64,000 bases of DNA from Mustelus asterias (Eukaryota), in assembly GCF_964213995.1 (NCBI RefSeq), contig NC_135816.1, positions 46,624,001 through 46,688,000 of the forward strand, given 5' to 3'. Below the pieces are notes generated by a model that saw only the letters and a list, made by a program, of their open reading frames with translations, was not told where the DNA came from and did not search any database. Made by a program: the position numbers and the translations under genes. Within the stretch, counting starts at the first letter, position 1. Every line of letters begins with the position of its first letter. Shown one piece after another: positions 11,945-23,590 of the stretch.

Positions 11945-13510
11945 TACACTGGTTGTAAACCCTGACCTAACGTTCTAATTGCGCTCCTGAAAATCGCAAC
12001 TTTAAGTGAAACAACTTTAAGTGAATTGTAGTTTCCCATAGGAAACAATGTTGAAGCCAGAGTTCGGTTACTTCAAACATTTCTCACACATTAAAAACAC
12101 TGTACAAGTTGAAATACTGTACTATATGTGTGCAACACTGCAAGTTATTTCCGCTCGTGTTCGGAAGTAGGAATGAAATGAAAAGTAAAGAATTGTGAAG
12201 ATAGGCATGTAGCTGCACTGAAGGTTTGTGAGATGCAGCTTAGACTAAAAGGGGTGAAACTAATACTTTGTTCAGCAAAGTGGTGTCTAGATCAGAGGTG
12301 TATCCAGTTTAAAAAGAGTTTGTTTTTTTCCTTTCAGAGACTGTCAAGCTGTTGTGCCAAACGCAGGAGAAAGTTGTCAGTGTCAGACCCCAGAATATCT
12401 ACTCTAAATTAGAAGAAAAGTTTCCCAAAAACATGCTATATGTTTTGTGTGGTTAGTATTTGCTGGATTTGTCTCATGGTGTTAAAACCTATGGGATGTT
12501 GTTTTGGGGAAGGTGTATTCTCAGAGTTTAGGAAAGTAGATAGAGTAAATTGTGGGGGGGGGGGGGGGGTGTAATTCAGTATACTGTCTGGATAACAATT
12601 ATTGTAATTAATTTTGTTCTTTGTCTGCTGCCTTTCTGGTTATGTGATTTAAAGTTTAATAAACATTTTGATATTTGACTAAGTTACATCCAGACTGATC
12701 GGGTCATCATCTCTTTTCTCACATTTTTTTCCAAATTGCAAAAATAAATTGTTAAGACCCAGCATTCCAAGTTTCCCTTCTGGGACTTGGGATGCCCTCA
12801 CATTGAACATCAGTGAGGTTCATAACACTAGAAATGCATGAATTAAAATATATCACCAACTGTAAAAGAGAAAAGAAAATCCTAGTCCTAACCCTAACCC
12901 CGTTCTGTACTCAGTTCAGTACATATTACTTTTACATTGACCATAATCTGTCAAGAGGTTGAGGTTGGATTGTTCAGTTATCTGCGCTGACAAACTTTTG
13001 CCACTCTATGGAGCCTAGGACTTTGTGCTGGTTCAGGAGCAAAGGCAGGAGCAGCGTCAGAAGTCAAGAGCCACTGAAGAGCAGATCCCGAGGACTCAGG
13101 TAAGAACAGAGGCTGGGAAGCAAGCAAGACTGAGAGTCGACAAAGCTAAGAGTTAGTGAAGTAAAGTTAAAGTTTATTTAAGGTTTATTTATTAGTCACA
13201 AGGCTTACATTAACACTGCAATGAAGGTACTGTGAAAATCCCCTAGTCGCCACACTCCAGCACTAGTAAGGGCAGGGGAGGGTGGGGGGAGGAGGGAGTC
13301 TGCAAGTGAGAGGAAGGAGTTGGCAATGTCAGGCATCAACAAGTCGTGAAGGAAGAGGGAAGGCAGGAGGAAGAGGAACTCAGGGCGAAAGTGAAAGCAC
13401 TATAGGAAGAGTTAGGGTTAGGGTTAGGGTCAGGCCACATAAAAGGAAGTGTTTTCCATTTGTTAAATGTTAAAGTGAAAACAACAACATTAAATGGATA
13501 TATGGACAGT
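11945..13510. mobile_element. Putative Tigger/pogo-like element containing an LTR-like piece (~12150-12827) and a SINE tail (13165-13262)
   Basis: Left end with repeated actttaagtgaa; right end ...aacattaaatggatatatggacagta; LTR-like aataaa...ggttcataaca. Confidence 0.35.
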
Positions 13511-13519
13511 ACTTAAGTT

Positions 13520-14209
13520 TTATTATTCATTCATGGAATGTGGCATCGAAGGCATTCATTGGCCACCCCTAATTTCCCTTTAGAAGGGAAGCTGGCGAGC
13601 TGCTTTCTGGAACTGCTGCAATCTCTGTGGTGTAGGTACACCCAAAGTGCTGTAAGGAAGGGAGTTCCAGGATTTTGACCCACTGACAGTGAAGGAACAG
13701 CGATATCTTTCCAAGTCAGGATGTTGAGTAGCTTGGAGGAGAACATCAGGTGATGGTGTTTACATGCAGCTTCTGCCCTTGTCCGACTAGATAATAGAAG
13801 TCATGGATTTAGAAGGTGCTATATACAGAGCCTTGAGTTCCTGCAGTGCATCTTGTAGATGGTACACACTGCCACTACAGTGCATCGATGGTGGAGAGAT
13901 TGAATGTTTGTGGATGAGGCGCCACTCAAGGAGGCTGCTTTGTCCTGGATGGTGTCAAGCTTCTTATGTTATTGGAGCTGCTCTCATCCAAGCAAGTGGA
14001 GAGCATTCCATCACACTCCTAACTTGTGCCTTGTGGAAGTGACAGGCTCTGGGGTTAGTTACTTGCCACAGGATTCCTAGCTTCTAACCTGCTCTTATAA
14101 CCCCCAGTATTTATATGGCTAGTCCAGTTACATTTCTGGTAAATGGTAACCATCAGGACGTTACTAGTGGTGGATTCAGTGATGGTAATGCCATTGAATG
14201 TCATGGGAC
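13520..14209 (-). mobile_element. L2-like LINE 3' part
   Basis: Tail ttattattcattcatgg; homologous to 39718-40595 and 41773-42527; cut by the Gypsy LTR. Confidence 0.85.
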
Positions 14210-14452
14210 TGTGGTGGACCTCAGTTGTGCTTTTGTCCTACTTGGACCACCGTTGGGTGTTTGTTATGCCTGGGTACATCCCCTGCCGGCTCGGCACCTC
14301 CCCTCGTCACCTAATATAAAGGTGGCTGTCTCCTCCCCCTTGTTCAGGCCGGGTCGGTTACCTGTTGGGATGTGCTCCTGATTCTGTTATGAATAAAAGC
14401 CTACAGTTGTATTGGCACACAAGTAGTCTTTTGCCTAATTGATAGCGCAACA
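14210..14452 (+). mobile_element. 5' LTR of Ty3/Gypsy element (243 bp)
   Basis: Starts TG(tggtgg) exactly where the L2 breaks and ends (gcgcaa)CA; TATA-like aatataaag at ~14313; AATAAA at 14392. Confidence 0.85.
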
Positions 14453-14477
14453 ATTTTATTCATAACATTTGACCGAC

Positions 14478-15908
14478 ATGGAGCAGATTTTAAAACCCGA
14501 AAAGTTAACATTAGACCCTCAAGAGGTCGGAGCCTCTGATAAATTTAACCATTGGCTGGACTGCTTTGAAGCATTCATCGACGCCGCTGCGGCCGTCGAC
14601 TCCGACGGCGATAAGCTCCACGTGCTCCGCGCCCGGGTAAGCGATGCAGTCGACGGTATCTTCCGAGACGCTACTACATACGCGAACGCTATAAAACTCT
14701 TAAAAGGGCAGTTTTGAAAGAGCCCTAACGTGGTCTACGCCAGGCATCTCCTGGCTACCCGCAAGCAGCAGCCAGGAGAATCGTGCGCCCAATTTCTGCG
14801 CGCCCTGCGGGTCCTAGCTCGAGCTTGCGACTGTAAGGCTGTTTCAGCAGCTCAGAACATGGAGGACCTGATCCGCAACGCCTATGTTGCGGGTGTTGAG
14901 TCTACTTACATTCGGCAGCGCCTGCTTGAACAGGATGGCCTGGATCTCCGGAAAGCGGCCACGATGGCTGAATCGCTAGAAGCGGCCTCTCGCAATCTCG
15001 GGGCCTACCCCGCATCCCATTCCATCGACGGTTCCACCACAACGGCTGTTCCTGTGGGGCCCAAATGCTACTTTTGTGGCCTATCCAAGCACCCTCGGTG
15101 TCGCTGCCCGGCAAAGGATGCGATCTGCTCCGGATGCGGTAAGCTAGGCCACTTCGTTAAAGCCTGCCGGGCGAAGCCGATCCCGAAGTCTCGTGGCGCC
15201 ACGTGTGTTCCGCGCGCGCCGCCATCTTTAATGCAGTTGGCGTCTGCGCGCGAATCGCCATTTTTAATGCGGTCACCGGAAGTGCAGGAGTCGCCATCTT
15301 TGATGCCGTCATCAAGATGCGCTGAGCAGGAACCTTTATCCGTGACGTCATCAGACGCGGACGAAGATGGATTCTTCCTGGATTCGACGGTGGCATTGAT
15401 TTGCCTGGACCAGTCGCAGCCTCACCAACTCTCCAAGTCAATAATGGAGATCAAGGTAAATGATTTTGCAGAAAACTGCCTGTTCGACTGCGGGAGCACA
15501 GAAAGTTTTATACATCCTCGCACAGTGCGTCAATATGCCCTTCCCGTGCAGCCCTGGAGCCAGATTATCTCCATGGCTTCGAATTCCCACTCAGTGGAGG
15601 TCCTCGGGTGCTGCTTGGTGACGCTGACGGTACAGGGCACAGTCTACGAGCGTTTTCGGCTCCTCGTGCTGCCGCGACTCTGTGCAGCTGTACTGCTGGG
15701 GTTAGATTTCCTCACCCATCATAGGAGCGTCACCCTGCAGTATGATGGCCCTTATCCCCCGCTCTCCGTCTGCCAGGCACCGTCACTGCAGCGCCCCCCG
15801 CGCACCACCTGCAGTCTCTCGACCCTCAAGATTACCCCCCCGCGCGCCCCCCCCCCCCCCCCCCCGCACCTTTATTCAATAATCTCACCCTGGATTGCAG
15901 GCCGATAG
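14478..15908 (+). pseudogene. Gypsy gag plus aspartic protease (one in-frame stop at 14715)
   Basis: RKQQPGES major-homology-like motif; zinc knuckles CYFCGLSKH and CSGCGKLGHFVKAC; protease LFDCGS; LLGLDFL. Confidence 0.9.
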
Positions 15909-17712
15909 CCACCAAAAGTAGGTGCTATAGTGCGGAAGACCTTCATTCGGTCCGAAGTACAACGTTTGCTCAAGGAAGGGATTATCCAGGCCAGCACCAG
16001 CCCCTGGAGGGCGCAGGTGGTCGTAGTTAAATCGGGGAGAAACACCGCATGGTGATTGACTATAGCCAGACCATAAACAGGTATACCCAACTAAATGCGT
16101 ACCCTCTTCCCCGCATCGCGGACATAGTCAACCGGATCGCGCACTATAGGGTTTTCTCTACGATTGATTTAAAATCGGCTTACCACCAACTCCCTATCCG
16201 CTTGTGGGATCGCCCATATACTGCCTTTGAGGCGGACGGTCGCCTCTACCAATTCCTCCGAGTCCCCTTTGGTGTCACCAATGGGGTCTCAGTTTTCCAG
16301 CGGGCCATGGATCAAATGGTGGACCAGCACGGGCTACGGGCCACTTTCCCGTATCTGGATAATGTCACCATCTGCGGCCATGACCTGCAGGACCATGATG
16401 CCAACCTACAAAAATTCCTCCGTACGGCCACTCTCCTGAATCTGACATATAATGAGGCGAAGTGTGTCTTTCAGACATGCCGCCTCGCCATCCTTGGGTA
16501 CGTGGTAGAAAATGGTGTCCTTGGTCCCGATCCAGCCTGTATGCATCCCCTCATGCAGCTTCCCCTCCCTACTACCCTCAAAGCACTGAGGAGATGCCTG
16601 GGCTTCTTCTCCTACTATGCCCAGTGGGTTCCCCGTTACGTGGATAAAGCCCGTCCGCTCCTAAAATCGACCTCTTTTCCCCTGGTGGAGGAGGCCCGTC
16701 GGGCCTTCAACAACATCAAAGCGGACATCGCGAAGGCCGCGATGCATGCTGTGGATGAATCCATCCCATTCCAAGTGGAAAGTGATGCGTCTGACTTTGC
16801 CCTAGCCGCCACCCTTAACCAAAGGGGCCGTCCGGTGGCCTTTTTTTCCCGGACCCTACAAGGCCCTGAGATTCGACACTCCTCGGTTGAGAAGGAGGCC
16901 CAGGCCATCGTGGAAGCCGTCCGGCACTGGCGCCATTATCTGGCGGGCCAACGGTTCACTTTAATTACGGATCAGCGGTCCGTTGCCTTCCTGTTTAACA
17001 CCAGGCAGAGGGGCAAGATTAAGAATGACAAGATCTTGCAGTGGAGGATTGAGCTCTCCACCTACAGATATGACATCATGTACCGGCCTGGGAAGCTCAA
17101 TGAACCCCCAGACGCCCTGTCCCGTGGAACATGTGCCAGCGCCCAATTGGACCAGCTACAGTCCCTCCATAACGATCTCTGTCACCCGGGGGTCACCAGA
17201 TTTTTCCACTTTGTCAAAGCCCATAACCTGCCCTACTCCCTCAAGGAAGTCCGGATGATTACCAGGCGGCACAGTAGCACAGTGGTTAGCACTGCTGCTT
17301 CACAGCTCCAGGGTCCCGGGTTCGATTCCCGGCTCGGGTCACTGTCTGTGTGGAGTTTGCACATTCTCCTCGTGTCTGCGTGGGTTTCCTCCGGGTGCTC
17401 CGGTTTCCTCCCACAGTCCAAAGATGTGCGGGTTAGGTTGATTGGCCAGGTTAAAAATTGCCCCTTAGAGTCCTGGGATGCGCAGGTTAGAGAGATTAGT
17501 GGGTAAAATATGTGGGGGTAGGGCCTGGGTGGGATTGTGGTCGGTGCAGACTCGATGGGCCGAATGGCCTCCTTCTGCACTGTAGGGTTTCTATGTTCTA
17601 TGTTCAATGCAGGGTCTGCGCAGAGTGCAAACCGCAGTTCTACCGGCCAAGTGGGGCGCACCTTATAAAGGCCACTCGGGCGTTTGAGCGCTTTAGCATT
17701 GATTTTAAAGGC
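15870..17712 (+). pseudogene. Gypsy pol (RT, RNase H, integrase N-terminus), frameshifted and 3'-truncated
   Basis: YPLPRI, IDLKSAYHQ, PFGV, YLDN; RNase H SDASD...EKEA...TDQ...PDALS; HHCC split by a SINE; stops after SIDFKG; no 3' LTR seen. Confidence 0.92.
17265..17604 (+). mobile_element. HE1 SINE inserted in the integrase zinc finger
   Basis: tRNA-like A/B boxes (cagtggttagc; gggttcgattccc), V-domain gggtttcctccgggtgctccggtttcctcccacagtccaaag, CR1-type ttctatg tail. Confidence 0.92.
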
Positions 17713-17794
17713 AATAACTGCAATAAGAATTAACATAAAGCAGTAAAAGAGGTAGTTTTGAAGTGGGTTGTTTAAGTTCAAAGGGGACCAGACA

Positions 17795-18335
17795 GGGTGG
17801 AATCTTCTAAGAATTTGGCAGAGTACATGTTCTGGTGAGAAAACTGGCATAGAACTCTTCAGCTCCACTGGCCAGTTTTCTCTCCAGATCTTGTCATTTT
17901 AACTGCCAAAAAAAAGTCTGGCGAGGCAGGGACGCTTAGAACCAAGAACCGGCAACCCGATCACTGAAAAGAAAATTTGTCTCTCTCCCCCCTCCCCATC
18001 ATGGAGGCATCTGTGTCTTCCACCAACCCGATCATCCCCAGCACCCCGATCCCCATCTCCCCCCATCATCCCTTTGCCCCCTGCCACCCCCCTGATCATA
18101 ACCAGCATTGCCCTTTCCCCCCCCCGCCTCTACTCTCCCCTCCAATCATCCAGGCATCCCTTTCCCCTTTCTGCCCTCACGGTCATATCCGGCATTTTGT
18201 CCCTTCTCCCTCCCCACGATCATCACCAGCATTCCCAATATCCCCAGTGCCTGCTATCCCCCATCACAAATCAATGAGTCCCCACACTTGAGGTTCCCCC
18301 TAGCACCCACCCCTGGGACTGCCCTGACACAGGTT
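17795..18335. mobile_element. Harbinger-like MITE fragment
   Basis: Starts gggtggaatcttc...ggtgagaaaactgg, like 61682; C-rich interior. Confidence 0.5.
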
Positions 18336-18855
18336 ACCACTGTGCCACCGTGTTGGAAAACATTGGGGCCCGTGTGAGGGGGTAGCTGCTTAGATCTCCC
18401 AGAAGACAATGTGGTTGCAGGTCAGATATTTCAGAAGACAGTGTGGACACGGCCAGACCTGGAGAACAAGTTGCTGTCCACCTCAAAGGACACCCCAAGA
18501 GCAAAAGGCCATTGTGTGATAACATTAATAGAATTCTATAGATTTTAAAATGTGGCTATCAGAAAAAGGAAAGTTAACTCTGAGTGTAGTTTAAGCTAAG
18601 ATGTTTTGGAACTGTTTTAAAGTACTGTTAACTGTGTGAAGCTGTTCTTGTATTTAAGGGTATTTTTTTTTCTTTTTGTTATTTTAATAAACGTTAACCT
18701 TAATATAAAATCATCATAACTAGTCAGAAATATCCTTTCCTGATTTTGGAAAACCACCTCATAATATTGATGAAGCAGCTGAAGATAATTGGCCTAGGAC
18801 ACTTCCCTGAGGAACATTAGCAACATTAAAGTGAAACGGCATTAAATGAATCATT

Positions 18856-20105
18856 AGGGGTGGCACAGTGGTTAGCACTGCTGCCTCAAAGCTCCAGGGG
18901 TCCAGGTTCGATTCCAGCCTTGGGTAAATGTCTGTTTGGAGTTTGCACATTCTCTGTGTGTGTAAGGGGAGAAATCCTAAAGGGTTAGTAAAGATTTTTA
19001 AACCATTAGACATTAAGTCACTGACAGAACCACCAGCATTGAGTTAAATGACTTTAAAACGGACTTATAAGCTAACAAGAAGGCAGTTTACAACATATGA
19101 AATGCAGTAAGAGATTTAAACAAATGATTATGATTTTAAAACATATATGCCGATATTTTGAAAGTATTTTTAAAAATCATTGTTCATTTTAGCCAAAGGC
19201 AGATTGCCGCAAAGCATGATGGTAAAGGGCATTGGGACAAAGCCATATTCTAAGGGAATATGCAAGGTATTATCAGCAGAGTTTCTAATGTTAAGATCAT
19301 TCGGAACACTTGATCAAATTTCATGAATAGGGTTTATTCACTGTCCAGATAAAATGGATGCATGCCCAGATATGGAGTCATGTATTCATCTGGTTTGGCA
19401 GTGACCTGTGAAGGAAGTTATGGGAACATTCACTTTGAACTTTGGGCTAGAGTCTGAGGTTACTAGACAACATGGGAAGTGGGGTTAGCCAAGACAGGAG
19501 TTAGCTTCCGGATTCTACAGAATAATAAAATTCCGCAATGCCAGAGGACATCATCTAAAGTATATGACAGGTATTATCGTTGATTTATGTATATTGAAGA
19601 TGATTGATTTAAAGCTGATGAAAGGCAAGAATAATTGATAAGAAAACCTATAATTGATCTGTTCTGAATTGTATATGTCAGAATTATTGGAGAGGTCCAG
19701 CTGCTCCGTCTCAGGAGTTGCCCCAACCCTTTGATGATTTCTTCTAGCAGCCGCTGGTCAAAATAAAGGTTACATCTTCAAACTGAAACACTGGCTTCGT
19801 GAGTCTTGTATTGTCTGAAATTTCTGATGGTACCCGGCCATCTCGGAAACCCCACTAACAGTGCGAGTTTTCTTCGGTTACTCCGGTTTCCTCCCACAGT
19901 CCAAAGATGTGCGGGTTAGGTGGATTAGTTGTGCGAAATTACCCCTCAATGTCCCAATGTGTGAGGTTAGATGGGATTAACCATGGCAAATGTGGTGTTA
20001 TGGAGATAGGGTGGGGAGAGGGTAAAATGCTCTGTCAGAGAGTCAGTGCAGACTCAATGGGCTGAATGGCCTCTTCTGCACTGTAGAGATTCTATGATTC
20101 TATGA
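18856..20105 (+). mobile_element. HE1 SINE split by a solo LTR
   Basis: SINE 5' half 18856-18960; V-domain and tail resume at 19861. Confidence 0.85.
18961..19860 (+). mobile_element. Solo LTR (900 bp)
   Basis: TGTAAG...CTAACA termini; 5-bp TSD gtgtg/gtgcg; aataaa at ~19762. Confidence 0.85.
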
Positions 20106-21520
20106 ACATAAAGCAAGGACTTAGGGGTAAGCGGAATTGTCACCAGTCACTGTAGAACTCAATTTCAAATATAGATAAGTAATAAGAAAAATAAATAAAA
20201 AGACAAAACTAAAGGAGTAAAATTACACTGGAACAAAAATAAATCAACAAATATGTAAAGAAGTGTGGCGTGTGTTCAGTGTTCAAGCTCAATGCTGATC
20301 CTCGGCACCTGCCCCCAAGACGCCAGTGTATGGAAGTGGAAAATTATCCTTTGAATGCTTTTGTTGTTTAACTATAACTGGGGCAAGTTTTTCACTACCT
20401 AATGTGAAACCATAAAAACCACACACTTACAGTTTTGAAAGCAGTGAAGGTTCTTTGCCGCATTATTGTAATTTACCTAATTGTTAAAATAAGACAATAC
20501 TGAATATTAATGCTCAACCTAGATACACAAAGACTTAAGTACATTATAATCCTTCCTCCAAATATATACAGTAATTGTTTCCATTCTTTTATCCAGAGAA
20601 CGGACTTTCAAAAGGTGTACAAAAAGACAAAGCACAAATTCAGAACTTATCTTCATTAAATATTCATTATAGAAGTGCATTATTCAAAGACAATTGCAGG
20701 AGACCTGAAATTCTATCTCCTATTTGAAATATTACACACAAATAAGAATATTCTGATGAAACACGTCATTTCAAGCACCACCTGCAGCTGGAACAAGTCT
20801 TAATCTTACCGTAACTAAAATTTATAATCCATAACAGAAGCAAGGAGACTACAGGCATATTTTCTGAAACCTTTATCCCTGGAATCAGACCAACAATAAA
20901 ATTCTCACTGAATACCATGAGTCACTAGTAAGGCTATTGAAAATTAGATTTTTATGCACTTTTTCTCAATTCCATAAGACCTTTGTTGATCCTCAATCAT
21001 TACTTTGAGAAAAACTCCACAGCTGCACATACACATGGAAGATGCGCTAAATATACATGTTATACAAATGGCCTTGTGGAAGCACAGATGTTTTGCAAAT
21101 GAAGTTCAGTGTTACTGTTCAAATTAGACTGCTAAAATAATCAATCATGTCAACCTCATGCTCGAAATTAGAGTAACAAATTTAGCTAAGGAAAACCTTT
21201 CAGAGAGTTTAGAAAAACCGATTTGATGAATTTTGTTTTGCCAATTTTTTATGCTTATTAAGCCAAATAAATTTCCACAACCTGCACCGTGCATCATCAT
21301 CAAGCATATTGAATGTGGCATTGAACATAGTTCATTTCACTCTACTCAACAATTTATCTTACATCTAAGTATGGAGATTTACTTCATGAGTGTGAATTTA
21401 CACAGTCACACCACGGCCTCTCGGTGTGAGACTGACAATCGACTGCTTAATTCAAAACTAAAACAGAAAATGCTGAAAATATTCTGCAGCTCTGGCACCA
21501 TTCGTGGAGTGAGAAACAGT

Positions 21521-22040
21521 TAGTGGAATTTTACCGGCACGTCCGCCCAAGGTTTGTACGATCCCGCCCAAGGCTAACATAGAATGCCGCTCTCCGAGCC
21601 TCACCCGCCCCCAGAATTGGGATGGGCATGTCGGTAAAATTCCGGTAAAATTCAGTATAGCCCTGAGTGGACCACTGCGCATGCGCCGATCTGTCAGCAC
21701 GGAGATCAGCACATGCGCAGTGGCCCTCTTATTGCCAGCCTCCAGATCACTGGCCAGTCCTGCAACCCCCCACCTCCGGCCTTCCGACCCCCCCCCCACA
21801 CCCACCGATCACTGGTCGCCCAAACCTCTGTGGGCTAGCCTCTATGTCTCCCGCCCCTTTGGCCAGCCTCGATCTCCCTGGTTTCCCTCCTCCCACCTGG
21901 ATGACCAGCACCGATCGCCCTCACTCCCTCCCTCTCCCAGTGATCCCACTCACAGAGTGGTAGCGGTTCCCTCCCAACCGATCGATCGTCCCAATAGGCC
22001 CCCTCCCTCAGTAGGCTCCACCCCCTCTCTGGCCCCAACC
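21521..22040. mobile_element. Short Harbinger-like MITE (21521-21646) plus a fragment of a larger MITE
   Basis: ggaattttaccg...cggtaaaattcc inverted ends; actgcgcatgcgccgatctgtcag is related to 5625-5675 in reverse. Confidence 0.6.
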
Positions 22041-22051
22041 CCTTGTCACTG

Positions 22052-22147
22052 CCCATCCAAGTACTAACCAGGCCTGAGTCTGCTTAGTTTCTATGATCAA
22101 ACATTTTCAGACTAGCATGGCTGTAGGCATCGGCAAAGCCTACTGCA
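22052..22147 (-). pseudogene. 5S rRNA-derived sequence (end of one unit, spacer, start of next unit)
   Basis: Reverse complement reads gcagtaggcttt-gccgat-gcctacagccat...aagcag...ggcctggttagtacttggatggg (5S A and C boxes). Confidence 0.85.
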
Positions 22148-22284
22148 AAACAGGGAAAGAGCAAAAGGTAGCTGCTATTATGCCATTATCCAATAAATTG
22201 AAGGTGTGATAGACAATGAAGAACTATTCTTGAAAGAATTTACAGGATCTAATGGGGATTTTTGGAGCACGTTCATTATGGCCA

Positions 22285-22630
22285 AGAGACAATGCTGTAG
22301 GAGTTTCTTAGGGTAGTGTTATTGGCTCAACCATCTTCAGCTGCTTCATTAATGATTTTCTTCCCATCATAAGGTCAGAAATGGGTATGTTTGTTGAAGG
22401 TTACACAATGTTTAACACCATTCACGATTTCTCAGACACTGAATCAGTCTGTGTCCATATGCAGCAAGAACTCAACAACATTCAGACTTGGGCTGACAAG
22501 TGGAAGTTAGATTCGCACTGTAGAAGTGTCAGGAAATGACCATCTCTAACAAGAGAGAATCCAACCATCTCCCCTGAACATTCAATGGCATTTTCATCAC
22601 TGAATCCTGCATTATCAACATCCTTGGTGT
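22285..22630 (+). mobile_element. L2-like LINE RT fragment
   Basis: Decayed GVxQGSVxG...FINDF...FxDD region (ggagtttcttagggtagtg; ttcattaatgat). Confidence 0.7.
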
Positions 22631-22636
22631 TACCTT

Positions 22637-22967
22637 GGGCCGCATGGTTGCACAGTGGTTAGCACTGCTGCCTCACAGCACCAGGGACCCAGGTTCAATT
22701 CCGGCCTCGGGTCACTGTCTGTGTAGAGTTTGCACTTTCTCCCCCTGTCTGCGTGCGTTTCCTCCAGGTGCTCCAGTTTCCTCCCACACTCCAAATATGT
22801 GCAGGTTAGGTTGATTGGCCATGCTAAATTGACCCTGGTTTCAAGGGGATTTGCAGGATACATATGTGGGGGGGTTATAGAGATAGGGCCTGGGTGGAAT
22901 TGTGGTCGGTACAGACTCATTGGGCTGAATAGCCCCCTTCTGTACTGTAGGGATTCTGTGATTCTAT
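22637..22967 (+). mobile_element. HE1 SINE
   Basis: A/B boxes, V-domain, attctgtgattctat tail. Confidence 0.9.
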
Positions 22968-23117
22968 AAAGTCCATCTGCCATTTCTACTTCTTTCAGTG
23001 GAGTTGCTGAGGGTGTAGAGCTGCCAGCCCTGTGAATGAGTTGGCAACATTGGGAGCCTCCCTGCTGTTTTTAATTGGACAGTAAGCTCTCTGCAGTAAA
23101 TTGCAGAGAGAGCATCC

Positions 23118-23590
23118 CTTCCGGATGTATCACAACTTGGTATGGCTCCTGATCAGACCAAGACCACAAGAAACTACAAAGGTTTGTGAACGTAGCCCAG
23201 TCCATCACACAAACCAACCTCCCATCCATTGACTTAATCTACACTTCCTGCTGCCTCGGCAAAGCAAACAGCATAATCAAGGACGCCATGCCCACCGGAC
23301 ATACTCTCTTCCACCTTCTTCCGCAGGAAAAAGATACAAATGTCTGAGAACACATGCCAATCAACTCAAGAGCAGCTTCTTCCCTGCTGCCATCAGACTT
23401 TTGAATGGATCTATCATATATTAAGCTGATCTTTCTTTTCACCCTATCTGTAACAGTAACACTACATTCTCCACCCTATCCCTTCCTTCTCCCCTATATA
23501 CTCTATGAACAGTATGTTTTGTCTGTGTAGCATGCAAGAAACAATACTTTTCACTGTATCTCAATACATTTGACAATAATAATCCAAATT
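23118..23590 (+). mobile_element. Rex1/Babar LINE 3' fragment
   Basis: Homologous to 31040-31495. Confidence 0.85.

Noticed and set aside
14715-15870. Programmed read-through of the gag TGA, or a programmed frameshift at the poly-C tract
   Set aside because: The copy has further frameshifts at 15870-16050 and is truncated; decay or homopolymer error is simpler.
17265-17340. tRNA genes at SINE heads
   Set aside because: A/B boxes continue directly into the V-SINE body; these are not standalone tRNAs.
16049-17506. 485-aa pol ORF with a novel C-terminus
   Set aside because: The C-terminal ~80 aa is read-through into the inserted HE1 SINE.
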